A stretch of DNA of 64,000 nucleotides, from contig NC_043006.1 in the NCBI RefSeq assembly GCF_006345805.1, positions 84,072,001 through 84,136,000 on the forward strand, given 5' to 3'. The notes beneath the pieces are model-generated. The model was not told the origin of the DNA, did no database searches, and worked only from the letters and a program-made list of their open reading frames with translations. The translations under genes and the position numbers were made by a program. Shown one piece after another: positions 50,575 to 63,100 of this stretch; position 1 is the stretch's first letter; each line of letters begins with the position of its first letter. This stretch comes from Octopus sinensis. Its lineage: Eukaryota.

Positions 50575-51503
50575 GTAAGTTATAAAGTTCTGTATTAACA
50601 AAAGAAAAAAAATCATTTATTTACTGCAGTTCATTTATCAGGTAACATTATCCCATCATCTTCATTGTGTTGTAATGTCCAACTTTTCCATGCTTGCATG
50701 GATTGGATGGAACTCGCTAAGGTAGGTTTTCTATGACCAGATGCTCTTCCTGTCACCAACCCTCACCTAATTCCAAGCAAGGTAGTTTCCCAATGAAGAT
50801 TCTTGTGCTAAGCTGGAGTGATCCTATTAAATTATGAGTGGTTGAGAAGTTCACTTCTCAACCACTCATAATTCTAATTTTTGTATTTTTGAATCTGGCC
50901 AGCAGCTCAGTTTCCTTTCCTAGTCATTTAAAATATCCTATTTGAGCTACAGTGACTCATCTAATTTGTGATGACATTTATTGCAATATAATTTTAGTTT
51001 TGTTCTGGTCTACAGTAATGGATTTAATATTTTTACATAGACTCCACGCTTTGAAAGGTTAAATTAATTGTATTTTAAGAATTAAATAGGGTCATTATTA
51101 AAAAAAAAAAAAAAGGAGGCATGGCTGTGTGACAAGAAGCTTGCTTTCCAACCACATAGTTCCAGGTTCACTCTGTCTGCGTGGTACTTATGGCAAGTGT
51201 CTACTATAGCTCCAGGTTGACCAAAGTATTGTGAGTGGATTTGGTAAATAGAAACTGAAAGAAGCCTGTGTGTGTTTGTCTTCTTGTCACTGTTTGACAC
51301 CCCCAAAACTTAGCAGTTTGGCAAAAGAGGTCGATAGAATAAGTACTAGGCTTTAAAAAGTAAGTCCTGGAGTTGACTTGTTCAACTAACCCTTGAAGGC
51401 AGTGCTCCAGCATGACTGCAGTTAAATGTCTGAAACAAAGGAATACAGCAAAAAACATTTAGTTATGACATCTTTTTCTGAAATAAATATATCTTAAGAA
51501 GTA

Positions 51504-52130
51504 TTAGGTTGTTCCAAAAATAATGGCCGATTTCAGAAACAATTTTATTCTGGAAAAATTAACGATAGAAATGTTTTGATTAGTCAAAGTATGAGCCTTG
51601 AACATCTGTGCATCTCTGCCATCGATCAATGAGATTATTTATGCCTTGTCAATAAAAACTTATTGGCTTTGATGCTAAGAAATCTTTGAATGATGATTCC
51701 ACCTCTGGTTTGGACCTGAAAGTTTTATTGCTTAAAAACGTGTTTAAATGATTAAAAAATGGTAGTCAGTGGGTGAAAGATCAGGAGGATGTGGTAAAGT
51801 CTCATATCCCAAGTCTGTGAGTTTCTGCAGCGTCATTCTTACAACATGTGACTTTGCATTATCGTGGAGCAGAATTGGGCCATGCCGATTCACCAATGCA
51901 ATTTTTTTTTTTTTGCAAGTGAGCATGCATTTCAGTAAGTTGACTGCAGTAAATCTCTGCACCTATGCTTCAAGAATGTTTTCTGTCTGAAATAAGTAGA
52001 AAATTGTTAAAGAGCATACATCAGTTATTAAGTATGTTGAAATTCACCTAAAATATCATTAAAATACTATGATAAAATCGCGTTTCAAAACACAACACTT
52101 AGCGTGGCCATTATTTTCGGTACAACCTAA
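51504..52130 (-). mobile_element. Internally deleted mariner (Tc1/mariner)
   Basis: TA-flanked TIRs TTAGGTTGT.CC.AAAATAATGGCC; minus-strand PILLHDNAKSH...LPHPPDLSPTDYHF (catalytic-region motifs). Confidence 0.9.
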
Positions 52131-53074
52131 TACATTAACAGTATTTTACAATGAAGTCTGCTTAGAGGGACAGTAAGGATGAGTTCAAAGTGCTTAAGTA
52201 TCAGTTTGTTTATCTTTCTTTTTATTAGGGTATTCTGTTATTTATTTATGCCACAAATGTGTGTCTTTTACACATGCAGAATATCCTTCAACCTGTTTGT
52301 CAGCTATTTACTTACTGTTTTTGACAAACTGGTTCTATGGAAAAAAATATACTTAAAACTACAATTACTATGGCAAAGGTGCGTGGCTTAGTGGTTAGTG
52401 TCAGGCTCTGAATCATGAAGTAGTGAGTTCGATTCCCTGACCAGGCTGTGTTGTGTTCTTGAGCAAGCCACTTTATTTCACGTTGCTCCAATTCACTCAG
52501 CTGTAGAGATGAGTTGCAACATCACTGGTACTAAGTTGTATCAGCCTTTGCCTTTCATAACGTCAGGGGACAGAGGAGGCTGGTATGCATGGGCAACTGC
52601 TGGTCCTTGCCTGGATCTGTGCTTCGGAGGGGAACTTTCTAGGTGCAATCCCATTCCACTTCCTCTTCTGTAGCCCCAACTCAGTTGAAGGGGATCTTAG
52701 TCTTACTAGCTGCATAGTGATCTCACTGGCTCTGGTACCACAAGGAAAAAGTATCCAGTCCATTCTGTAAAGTGCTTGATGTTATGAAAGGTATCTGGCC
52801 ATAGAAATCATGCTAAATCAGATGTTGGACTAAGATACAGTCTTCAAACCGTCTTACTCATGCCAGCATGAGACCTGGAGTTAAATGATGATGCTAAATT
52901 GATATACTAAGTTAGGAGTGAATAGAAGCTGAAGTTCCCTGGTATCTGCAGTTTTTTGTTACACATAATTGAAAGAAAGTATACCAAGATATGTTTTTGG
53001 TGGGGAGGTGTTTGTTTGTAAATCATCGTTGCTTGTGCCATGCTGAAGCACAATCCTTCAGAGCTGAGCATTTA

Positions 53075-53442
53075 CTCTTTTACTTGTTTCAGTCATTTGA
53101 CTGCGGCCATGCTGGAGCACCGCCTTTTAGTCGAACAAATCGACCCCAGGACTTATTCTTTGTAAGCCTAGTACTTATTCTATCGGTCTCTTTTGCCGAA
53201 CCGCTAAGTTACGGGGACATAAACACACCAGCATCGTTGTCAAGCGATGTTGGGGGACAAACACAGACACACACACACACACGACAGGCTTCTTTCAGTT
53301 TCCATCAACCAAATTCACTCACAAGGCTTTGGTCGGCCCGAGGCTATAGTAGAAGACACTTGCCCAAGGTGCCACGCAGTGGGACTGAACCCGGAACCAT
53401 GTGGTTGGTAAGCAAGCTACTTACCACACAGCCACTCCTATG
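53075..53442 (-). mobile_element. SINE family A, consensus-like (young) copy
   Basis: CpG-rich, intact head and tail. Confidence 0.85.
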
Positions 53443-54385
53443 CCTATGTCTAGAAATCCAACTTTTGTTATCATTTTCTCTCTATATGTGGGATCCCTTA
53501 TTGATAGTGAAAGCAGCTCTTCTTTGCTCATAGATTTTTGCAATGTATCTAGGTATTTTTTTCTAAATTACCTTGGGACTTTTTGGGGAGTGCATTTATG
53601 CAATCATCATCTAGCATGAAGTGGATTTTTTTGTTGTTTGTTGTATTTACTCATTCTAATTACTTACCAGCCAGGACTGTATGTGTGGGTCATGTGATGC
53701 CAACCACACTTTACACTGGGCTACATACACTTTGACATGCATACATTTCTCTCTACAGACACACTTATGTTGTATATACAGGCATGCAGTCATTGCATAT
53801 AATCTCATGAATCCCTACATAATCCCTTTCTCATTCATGGTTACTCACATGCACATCCTGCTCCTTTCATTCTTTGCTTTCTATCTATCTATCTCAAACA
53901 CATTTTCCTCCTTTCTGTCTCTTATTTTTTCCTTCATTTTCTCTCTCTCCCCCCTCTCTCTGTAATGTGTTGTCCTACAATTTTTTGGTGCTGTTTCAGC
54001 AATTGATTTCTTTTGTGCCATCTTTTGATTTTTGTCTCAATTTTTTCAACCTCCCTCCCCCCATTCTCTTTTGTTCCAATGTCAGTCTCAGATACTCAGG
54101 AACTCTAACTTGATTTGTCTAAGTTCAGTTCCTGGTGGTGTCGAATTAACCACTTACTACCTATTTTAGAAGTTATCAATTTACTACCTCTCAGGATCAT
54201 GTGTGCACTTGACTGTTAAACGAAATCCAGACAATAAACAAGTGGAAAGATGGAGACTTTTATGTCAGGTTTTTTTAAAAATTATTTATATTTTTAACAA
54301 CTATAGGAGAACTGCTGTTTAGAAACAGTGATGGTGTACCTATAGCATGCATGTATGTGTTTCGGCAGTGATATACTGAAGGCTT

Positions 54386-55356
54386 TTAACCCTATAGCAT
54401 TCAGATACTATCAAATACAGAGCTTATTGATTCACTTTTGAATTATTTGTGCATTGTTTCATATCTTCAAGAGTTTGATGAAGTGATTGTTTAATTTTAG
54501 AATAACATTGTAGGGTAGGTGTGAGAGGCTGGATCTAACTGGTTTAAACATAAAACCAATAAATTATTTGCACTAGATTAACCCTTTAGCATTCATATTA
54601 CTCTGTCAAAAGTAATGCTTTTTTATTCACATTGTCTTGAATTAATCATCCATTATCTTGTGGCTTCAGAATTTCAATGAGGAGATTGTTTATTTTTACT
54701 ATAACATTGTAGAGTAGGTGTGAGAGGCTGGATCGAACATAAATCAGGTAGATTACTTGGGCTGGATATGACTGGTTTAAATGTAGCATGTACTGTCTCT
54801 GTCATATGGAGATGGACTCAAACTTTTGCTTTTATATGTAGGAAACACCAAACAATATATATATTGCTGTGTGCTGTATAACAGTGAGGGTCTATATAAA
54901 GTTGTGTACATTTATTTTTAATATACTCCTAGTCTGCTGATGTGAAATGCAGCTAAACCCTGCATGGGTTAACCCTTTATCATTCAAACCAGCCATATCC
55001 AGCTTAACCCTTTAGTGTTCAGATTATTCAATCAATCATAATGCCTATTGATTCCCATTGATTTGAATTAATCATGCATTATCTCATATCTTAAAGATCT
55101 TGATGGTGTAATTACTTAATGTAGAATAACATTGTAGGGTAGGTGTGAGAGCCTGGATCTAGTTAGTTTGAACATAAAACAGATTAGCTATTTTGGCCAG
55201 ATATGGCCGGTTTAAATACTAAAGGGTTAAATATTCAACCAGTTTTATGTTAAAACTGGCCAGATATGGACTCTCACACCTATCCTACAATGTCTTTCTA
55301 AAACTAAGCAATCGCATCATGATTAATTCAAAATAATGTGAATGCTAAAGGGTCAA
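54386..55356. mobile_element. Cluster of TTAA-type MITEs, including one nested in another
   Basis: TTAACCCT starts at 54386, 54578, 54969 and 55004; the inner copy 55008-55226 sits inside 54973-55352. Related elements near 57430-57645 and 60428-60655. Confidence 0.7.
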
Positions 55357-58300
55357 TACACAAAATCTATTGAGAGAAACAGAATCTTGCAGCAAATACT
55401 TTACACATTCCATTATGTCAAACATGACTGTGATTAAGAAGTTTGCTTCCTAACCACATGGTTTCAAGTTCAGTCCCACTGCATGGCATCTTGGGCAAGT
55501 GTTTTCTACTACAGTTCCAGGTTGAACAAAGCCTATTTTGTGTCTCCTTGTTTTGACATCGTGTGATAAATTGTAAATGGGTGTCTTTTCTATACAAGCA
55601 GTGTCATTCATTTCCATCCTTTGGAAATATGTCTGGCCAAGGAGAACTATTACCTTGCTTGGAGAAACAAGTGAGTGTTAGCAACAGGAATGGCATCCAG
55701 CCTGCATAAAATTTACCTCAAAAAGCTCTGACCCATGCAAACATGGAAAAGTTGCTGTTAGAATGGTGATGGTGATGATAGTTTACAATTTTGATCAGTT
55801 TCATCATCTTGTGTCATATAAATCAACCAGTTTGATGTTAAGTAAACTAGAATTAGTGAAAGCCATGCTACATTTCTTTCTGCTGTATGATATTAAAATG
55901 CTGCATAACAGTTCACAGTAACTTTCCTTCCACATCCCCAAACCTAGGCTTCCTGTTAACAGGCCATGAAATAGTTCAGTTCTAATCAGTCGTTGACCCA
56001 CATTGGAGCGCTTCTCAGCTCTGTGGAATGGTGTTACTACCACATATTCAAATCTTCTAAAATGTTTTGAGAACAAAGGGCGTTTGGCTGATTGTCAAAA
56101 GAGCCAGTCATTCGTCAGCACACTACAATTACTAGCATGTAGACCAAGGCATTCTGTTTTTTTTTTCTCTCTCTCTGACTCTTCTATTGCTGCTACAACA
56201 TCCTTCATTCCTCTGAACTAGCAGTCTGCATCCTACTTCTTCCCCCATCTATCTGATAAACTGACACTGTAAAGATGTATATATTAATCAATCTTTCCTC
56301 TATAATCTCCCCCTCTGTTGACATTTTTTCTATAAACATTGACATACAGAAGATCAAATTGAGCATCATTTGCATCAAGCTCACCATCCTCCTCATCAGT
56401 CTGTTTTCCACATCAATCTTACTGTTGTTTGCATCAATCTCCTCACCATCATTGTGCATCAAGCTCTTTGCCGTTGCTTGCATCAGTCTCTTCGCCTCAA
56501 TCCCATTGATCTCCACTGTAGACATCACCTGAGCTTTGCATAGTATCAGTAATTATTGGGGTCTGAAGTATCTTCTAGCTCTGGAGAGAAGAGCCAGTTT
56601 TAGGGATGCAGTCCTTTCTATATTAAGGATAGGCTTTTACTGGAAGAGGTGAGACCCAAAAGTTGAATTCCTTTTGAGGCTCTTTAGCTAAGTGCTGCTC
56701 ACAATTAAAAAGCTTATGGCATGATGATGTTTTCTTGGTGTGAGTAGCATTGTGTATTTTCATGTTGAGATAAGATTGGCCTATCCCTATTAAGATCCTT
56801 TCATGGTTCCTATTCATGAAGTTAGTGGTCCTTAGTTTGTACTCTCATGCCCCCATATCAGATCCACATGATATCATTAAAAGAGCTGCATCTACTCTGT
56901 AGAGTATCATCTTGAATCTGTCAACTCTGGTTCTCAGTCAATTGATTTCCATTTTTGCACTGCTTCTATCCTAACCAGATGGTTTCTGTTTTGCAAGCTG
57001 GCATTTCCATTGTTTTACAATATCAAATTAGCTGGAGACGATGTTTTGTTTTTCATCATTTAGCATTTATTGGAGAAGATCAATATATCAATATAGAGAA
57101 GATAAATATATCAATTTGAGACTTCAAGCCCAGCAAATAATATCTAAGAATTGAGAGCTTAACTTTTTGTAGACATTACTTAACGATATGTTAATCTGTT
57201 GGTTAACCCCTTGTCATAGTCGATAGAACTGATTTATGAGTTAAAGCTATCAAACCCGTGACTATACCATTTTTGTTTTTCTTTGTTTTGTTTATTTTTT
57301 GTTTGTTTTTTTCATGAACTGTATACATTTGGACTACATTATCTTTTTTTTTATGGCAAGATGTGTTTTGAAGATTTACTTATTTACTAATGTACCTGTG
57401 CTTAAAAGTAGTAATGGCAAATATGTTTATTTGACCCTTTTGATACTAACCTGTCTCAGACCACCCCAGGTTCTGTGATACAAATTCACTGTTTTAATGT
57501 GATTTAAATTAAAATCTTCCATCAACATTCTACCTTAATTTATTTTCCAAAATCTAGCTTTACAGTTACTTTATTAAATTCTCCGTTAAATTTGTAATTA
57601 ATTGAAACAGTGTATTTTGACAGAAATATGGTAACAGAAAGGTTAAATGTATTGAAACTTGAAAATAATTAAATGTAGTTAAAATATCAAATGCTGTTTC
57701 TTTTTTAAATACAGATATTTAAACTGCTGATCTTTCCAACTAATGTAATATAAATGTTAATACAAAGTCTGTCCAAACATAAACAAATTTGTTTACTTAA
57801 AATTAAAGTCCACTTTTCTGTGTTCATATGGGTTGGATGAAATTTGTTGAAGTAAATTTTCTACAGTTGGATGCTCTTACTGTCCCCAACTGTCATCTGT
57901 TTCCAGATGTGTTTTCAAGGAAGTTTGGTAACAGAGAACACCGTTTGTATGATGATGACATATATACATGACAGGCTCTTTTCAGTTTCTATCTACCAAA
58001 TCCTATTGCGAGGCTTTGGTCAGCTAGGGTTTATAGTAAAAGACACTTGTTCAAGGTGCCATGCAGTGGAACTGAACCTAGTTTCATGTGGTTGGGAAGC
58101 AAACTTCTTGCCACACCTATACCTCCTCAGAAACGGTTTCCTCCACTTTTGGGACACATTGCTCCCAATACTTTTTCTGTTGTTGGAAAGAATTTTTAGA
58201 GGTTTCAGAGATAGTGCACAGTTCTTTATTCTTTCACTTGTTTCAGTGATTTGACTGTGGCCATGCTGGAGCACTGCCTTTAGTCGAACAAATCAACCCC

Positions 58301-58579
58301 AGGACTTATACTTTGTAAACCTAGTACTTATTCTATCAGTCACTTTTGCCAAACTGCTAAGTTACAGGGACATAAACACACCAACATCAGGTGTTAAGCG
58401 ATGGTGGGACACACACATATATATGACGGACTTCTTTCAGTTTCCGTCTACCAAATCCACTCACAAGGCTTTGGTTGGCCCATGGCTATAGTAGAAGACA
58501 TTTTCCCAAGGTACCCACAGTGGGACTGAACCTCGGACCATGTGGTTGGTAAGCAAGCTACTTAGCAAACAGCCTCTCT

Positions 58580-59010
58580 TAGAAAATTTTTGGTGATCTC
58601 TTCTCTCATGTGCAATTGGTGACCTTTTTGGGTAGATTTCAACAAAAATGTCTGCTTTGGTCAAATCTGGATGGACGGTCAGCTTGGAGGTGAGTCATCT
58701 CGTGGTTTGCCAAAATGTCAGGGACAAGGAGTGACCTATGAGTTGGTGCATTTTTGCAGTGCAGCATCCTGTTTTTCTCAGTCCATACCTCAAGCATCTT
58801 CCTTGGCATTGCCTCTTGAATGCTTCATGTCATCCAAGTAAACCTCTTTATTGACTGTTGTGATAAATGATGCCATTCCAATCAAAAACACAACCATCAA
58901 CATGGCTTTAATGTTGGTGCAACCATGATTCACTTTCTCGTGTGCAGTAGCAATGATTCAGCTTGCTGTAACAACTGTCATTTTGTTTTGACACCGTTGT
59001 TGCTATTCGT
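58580..59010 (-). mobile_element. Decayed mariner transposase fragment
   Basis: Frameshifted KAML.V..., TVNKEVY and LHCKNAPTHRSLLV...PDLTKADIF..PK, resembling HHDNAPAH/YSPDLAP.DF motifs. Confidence 0.65.
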
Positions 59011-59547
59011 AAGACCCGCAGAAGAGAAAACGGGTCAACTCAGCGGCTGCATAGGAAGTCGGGGATAAGAAACAGGAAGAAAGAGTGAGAGAAAGTTGGA
59101 GGAAAGAGTACAACAGGGGTCACCACAACGCCCGGTCTGGGAATCAAAACCGCGATCCTCTGACCACGAGTCCGCTGCCCTAACCACTGGGCCATTGCGC
59201 ATCCACTTACACTTGCTGCTCATCACCTGTTATACTTTTTGCAAAGTTTCAACAGCATTCGATCAATCAAGCAGCTCCTGACTGACTGCGACTTGAGACA
59301 TTTTGTCCATCTGTCAGTAAATGTCATTGAGATTATTTTAATATCTACTTTTCCATGCTTGCATGGATTAGACAGAATTCATTGAAGCAGATTTTCTGTG
59401 ACCAGATGCCCTTTCTGTTGCCAGTCAGATGATGCTTTATGTGGATCACAGCACACATCAAAAGTGTCGTCCAGATTTGGAATCGTCTTCAATGAATGTT
59501 CTCACTGATTTGAAATACTAGCATCATTCATGGCATTTGTGTATACT

Positions 59548-59946
59548 GGTAACCTTTCAGTATATGGTATTTAATAAATTAAATAAAAATTAAAGGGGGA
59601 AATAACAACAAGGGTAGATAAATAAGTCAACTTACTGTTAAATAATGTACACATTGGCTATAGCCACCAAAACGTGAACAAAAGTCTGTTTCTTTGGTAC
59701 AGAATTCCTCCATGTAAACTCAGGTAAATATGAAATAAATAAATTGTCTGACATTCCAAATTGATGCCATAATTTTCTTTTTAACTGCATCCACATATTC
59801 TCCACATTTTGCATATGGACATCGTTATTTGTCGGGTCTACAAAGTTCTCCTGATGCACAATCACTTTGAGTGCACATACCCTCCCCTTGTTATTTCCCC
59901 TTTAATTTTTATTCATTTTTTAAACACAGTATACTGAAAGATTACC
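59548..59946 (-). mobile_element. Merlin/IS1595-like (ISXO2-domain) non-autonomous DNA transposon
   Basis: ~70-bp TIRs starting GGTAA(C/T)CTTTCAGTATA; flanks GTGTATACT and ATGTATACC; internal HQENFVDP...HMQNVENMW...YLPEFTWR. Confidence 0.75.
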
Positions 59947-60783
59947 ATGTATACCATATATATTCCTGTATAAATCACAATATTTTATACTTGATTTTAA
60001 TTGGGGAAAAAAAACTGCAGTGTGACTTATACATGGGGCACAGATAAAACTATGAAAAAAAATTATATAAAATTTAACACTAAATTAGGAATGTGACTTA
60101 TATGTGTGTAAATAGTCACTATATCCTCCAAATTTTTCGTTGTTCAACATGAGGCTAATTGCGAAGTTTCACTGGACATATTTACTCTAACACATGTTTA
60201 CTGCTGACTAACTGATCCATGGCATGGTTATTCTCACATTGAAGGTCAAAAGTGCTTCAGTCCTCAACACAGAGCTGGCCAGCTGGAGCACTGTTTTAAA
60301 AGTATGGTTTCTTTTTGGACAGATTTTTTGTTATGTTAAAGGCATGTCATCATTTCTATGTCTCTTATTGTATTTCAGAAATAACATTGAAATTATTTTT
60401 TGGCGGGGGTGTTTCTCACCCACTTTCTTAACCCTTTTGATACCTATCTGCTTGAGATCACTTGCGGTTCACCGATACAAACTTCTGGTCTTAAAGTGAA
60501 ATAAATTAAAACCTTCCATCAAAGTTTCCTGTTTATATATGATGTGAACATCATTTTATTTATGACAGTTATTTTACTAAATTCTTTATTTTCAAAATAG
60601 ATTGAAGAATAAAGGCAGTGCTTCTCCACAGAAATATGGTAACAAAAGGGTTAATAAGTTGATGGGTGAATGTTCTCATTTCTTCTAAAGAAGACCGTTT
60701 TGTTATTTTATGCATATATATACCATATATATATATTTGTTGTTTTTTCCCCCCTCGACCCCTTCTCTTTTCCTTGGAAGCAG

Positions 60784-60861
60784 GCCCATAAACGACGGTC
60801 TATGTCTGTTGGCATGGTTACCCTACCAACAATCAACTGTCATTCTATACCGCAGGCTGAT
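60784..60861 (+). CDS. TBC1D24: Candidate coding exon 7 (AHKRRSMSVGMVTLPTINCHSIPQAD), linker before TLDc
   Basis: Long pyrimidine tract, tandem acceptor AAG/CAG, strong donor GAT|GTGAGT, 78 nt, phase 0/0 compatible with exon 6. No homology proof. Confidence 0.6.
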
Positions 60862-62767
60862 GTGAGTATATCTACAGGTTGCCCCTCCTTAAGCCTGCAT
60901 GGACATGTTATTGTCTCTCTATGTACATCTTGCCAAAATATGCACGTTTGGTCACTCAAGTCATTCTGTGTTGTTATAGGTAACCACCTAGGGAATTGTC
61001 ATACTATTTTATCGCTTACAATTTTTTTCATTTTTAATCTTCATTTCTCAGAGTTCAACACCAGCTTTTATAGTCAATGTTTATCTAGCTTGTGTTGCTA
61101 TTTTTTTTATGTATGCCTTATTTTTTTAAACATCTGTGTCCACTTTTTTTTTTCTGTTGAACACACTTATAGGAGTAATGCAAGATTGTTGACACGCTGC
61201 CAAACATTGACATGGCAAACACTTAAACAAGATTTTAAATATATTGGTGACCTTTCTGCTTCTTTGTGGTTTTTTCGTTCCATAGAACAGGCACTAAATT
61301 TACTGAAATCTATTGACAGTAAAATTAAACTCACATAAAACCTAACGTACTCTCTTTCTCCTTCACTCTCTCTCTCTTTCATACACACATACAACAACGT
61401 TAACACTTATACTAATGCATAATTTCTCATTTGCTAACACATCAAACATAACATACAGGTTAATGCATCCACTCTCTCTCCTTCTCTCTAACACATACTT
61501 TCATTTATGCTAATTTGCAAACACACATGCTAACACATTAAACATACATAAAAGCTAATGCACTCTCTTTATACACACAGTAATACTGACATACACAATG
61601 TTAACCTGCTTACACATACTAATATATTAATACACTCACACATGCTAATATACTCACACACACACACACACACATACATTCTTACTCATGTTAACTCATA
61701 CACATGTGCTAACACACACACACACTGAAGTTAGGAATATTTAGATATGGATTGCATATGAATTGTTCCAGAAGTTAAATGAAAATTAAGGAAATAATGC
61801 TCTATCTTCTATTTAATCTTTGGGTGCCCCAGCATGGCCGAGGTGTTGTGATCTGAAAAAAATCTGGCTCCTCTTTGTAGCAGGTCAAGTTACCATCATC
61901 ATTTGAGATAAGTAATTATTGATATTTGTATGGATATCACAGATATTATGGGTGAAGCTGGGTTGAGGGGAAGCCACTTACTGGACCTTGTCTGGAATTC
62001 AAAGAGCCAGCCTTGTCAAACTGTCATCATCATTGTTTAACATCTGCTTTCCATGCTGGCATGAGTTGGACAGTTTGGCAAAGGACTAGCAAGCCAGAAG
62101 GCTGCACCAGGCCCCATTCTGATTTGGCAAGGTTTCTGAATCAACATCATTTTATGTCTGCTTTCCATGCTGGTATGGGTTGGATGGGCCGTCACAGTCT
62201 GAGTTGCTTCCCATAAAGGGCTATAGTTCCCAAAGTCTGCTTGTATCTATCATTTGATTCCACAGCTGGATGTCCTTCAAATACTTGCTACTTTACAGAA
62301 TGTACTAGGTGCATTTTGTTGTGGCACCAACACTAGTGGAGTTGCATAATCCTTGGTAAGACAGAGCTTGAAGGATCCCTCATAGCCCCATATTTTCTCT
62401 GTTTAGCTTACTACTTTACGGTAGATCTAAATTTGGAATGGGAATAACGAGAACAGAAAGCCTAGAAATGAGCGTTACAAACATGAGGAGAGTGGAGTAA
62501 ATGTAGGTATAGAGAGAACTCAATATGCAAAGGTGTGCGCATTTGCATAGGTGACTTAGGAGAGGAGTTGGAGAGAAAGGATGATATTAGAGAGACCAGA
62601 ATGGGTGGAAGGAACAAGAGTATGATGGAAGAAAACAGGGTTATATAGTTAGCAAACAGCAATACGTTGTTAGAGAGGGGCTGGAATGCCGCAAACCTCA
62701 TCTCTCTCTTTCTCCATGCAAAATAGATGTATGTATGCTATATTTTTGATAAAGTGAATACAGATGC

Positions 62768-63100
62768 AGGCATGGCTGTATGGCAAGAAGCTTGCTTCCC
62801 AACTACATGGTTCTGGGTTCAGTCCCACTGCATAGCACTTTGGGCAAGAGTCTCTTACTATAGCCTTGGGCCAACCAAAGCCACATGAGTGGATTTTGTA
62901 GACAGAAACTGAAAGAAACCCACCGTGTGTGTATCTTGACAAATGATGTTGGTATGTTTATGTCCCTGTAACTTAGCAGCTTGGCAAAAGAGACTGATAG
63001 AATAAGTACTATGCTTACACTGGGGTCAATGTCTTTGACTAAAACTCTTTAAGGTGGTGCTCCAGCATGACCACAATCAAATGACTGAAGCAAAAGGAAG
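62768..63100 (+). mobile_element. SINE family A (older copy)
   Basis: GGCATGGCTGTATGGCAAG head through CAAATGACTGAAGC tail. Confidence 0.75.

Larger units (their letters stand above)
21247..60861 (+). other. TBC1D24: Gene span (5' part) of a TBC1D24/skywalker-like Rab-GAP-family gene; join(21247..21556,26618..26928,31883..31984,32925..33015,40635..40726,50362..50574, probable 60784..60861); 3' end (TLDc domain) not found in window
   Basis: Exons join in phase (1,0,0,1,0,0) with GT..AG introns, giving a stop-free 373-codon ORF through exon 6. Motifs LRSNHWPVDHPLRKTLWPLLC, PDISYCP, FHDWLWWIFRDLPF, VIDCYLLEGYKVFYRV and FGIRGLNRREI resemble TBC1D24/Skywalker (recognised from memory, no database search). 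Confidence 0.9.

Noticed and set aside
51041-51057. Possible microexon (TTTTACATAG|...|GTTAAA)
   Set aside because: 17 nt would frameshift and the donor is weak.
60670-61338. 222-aa ORF as a standalone gene
   Set aside because: Low-complexity F/I/L-rich intronic sequence; only the splice-bounded 78-81 nt core looks exonic.
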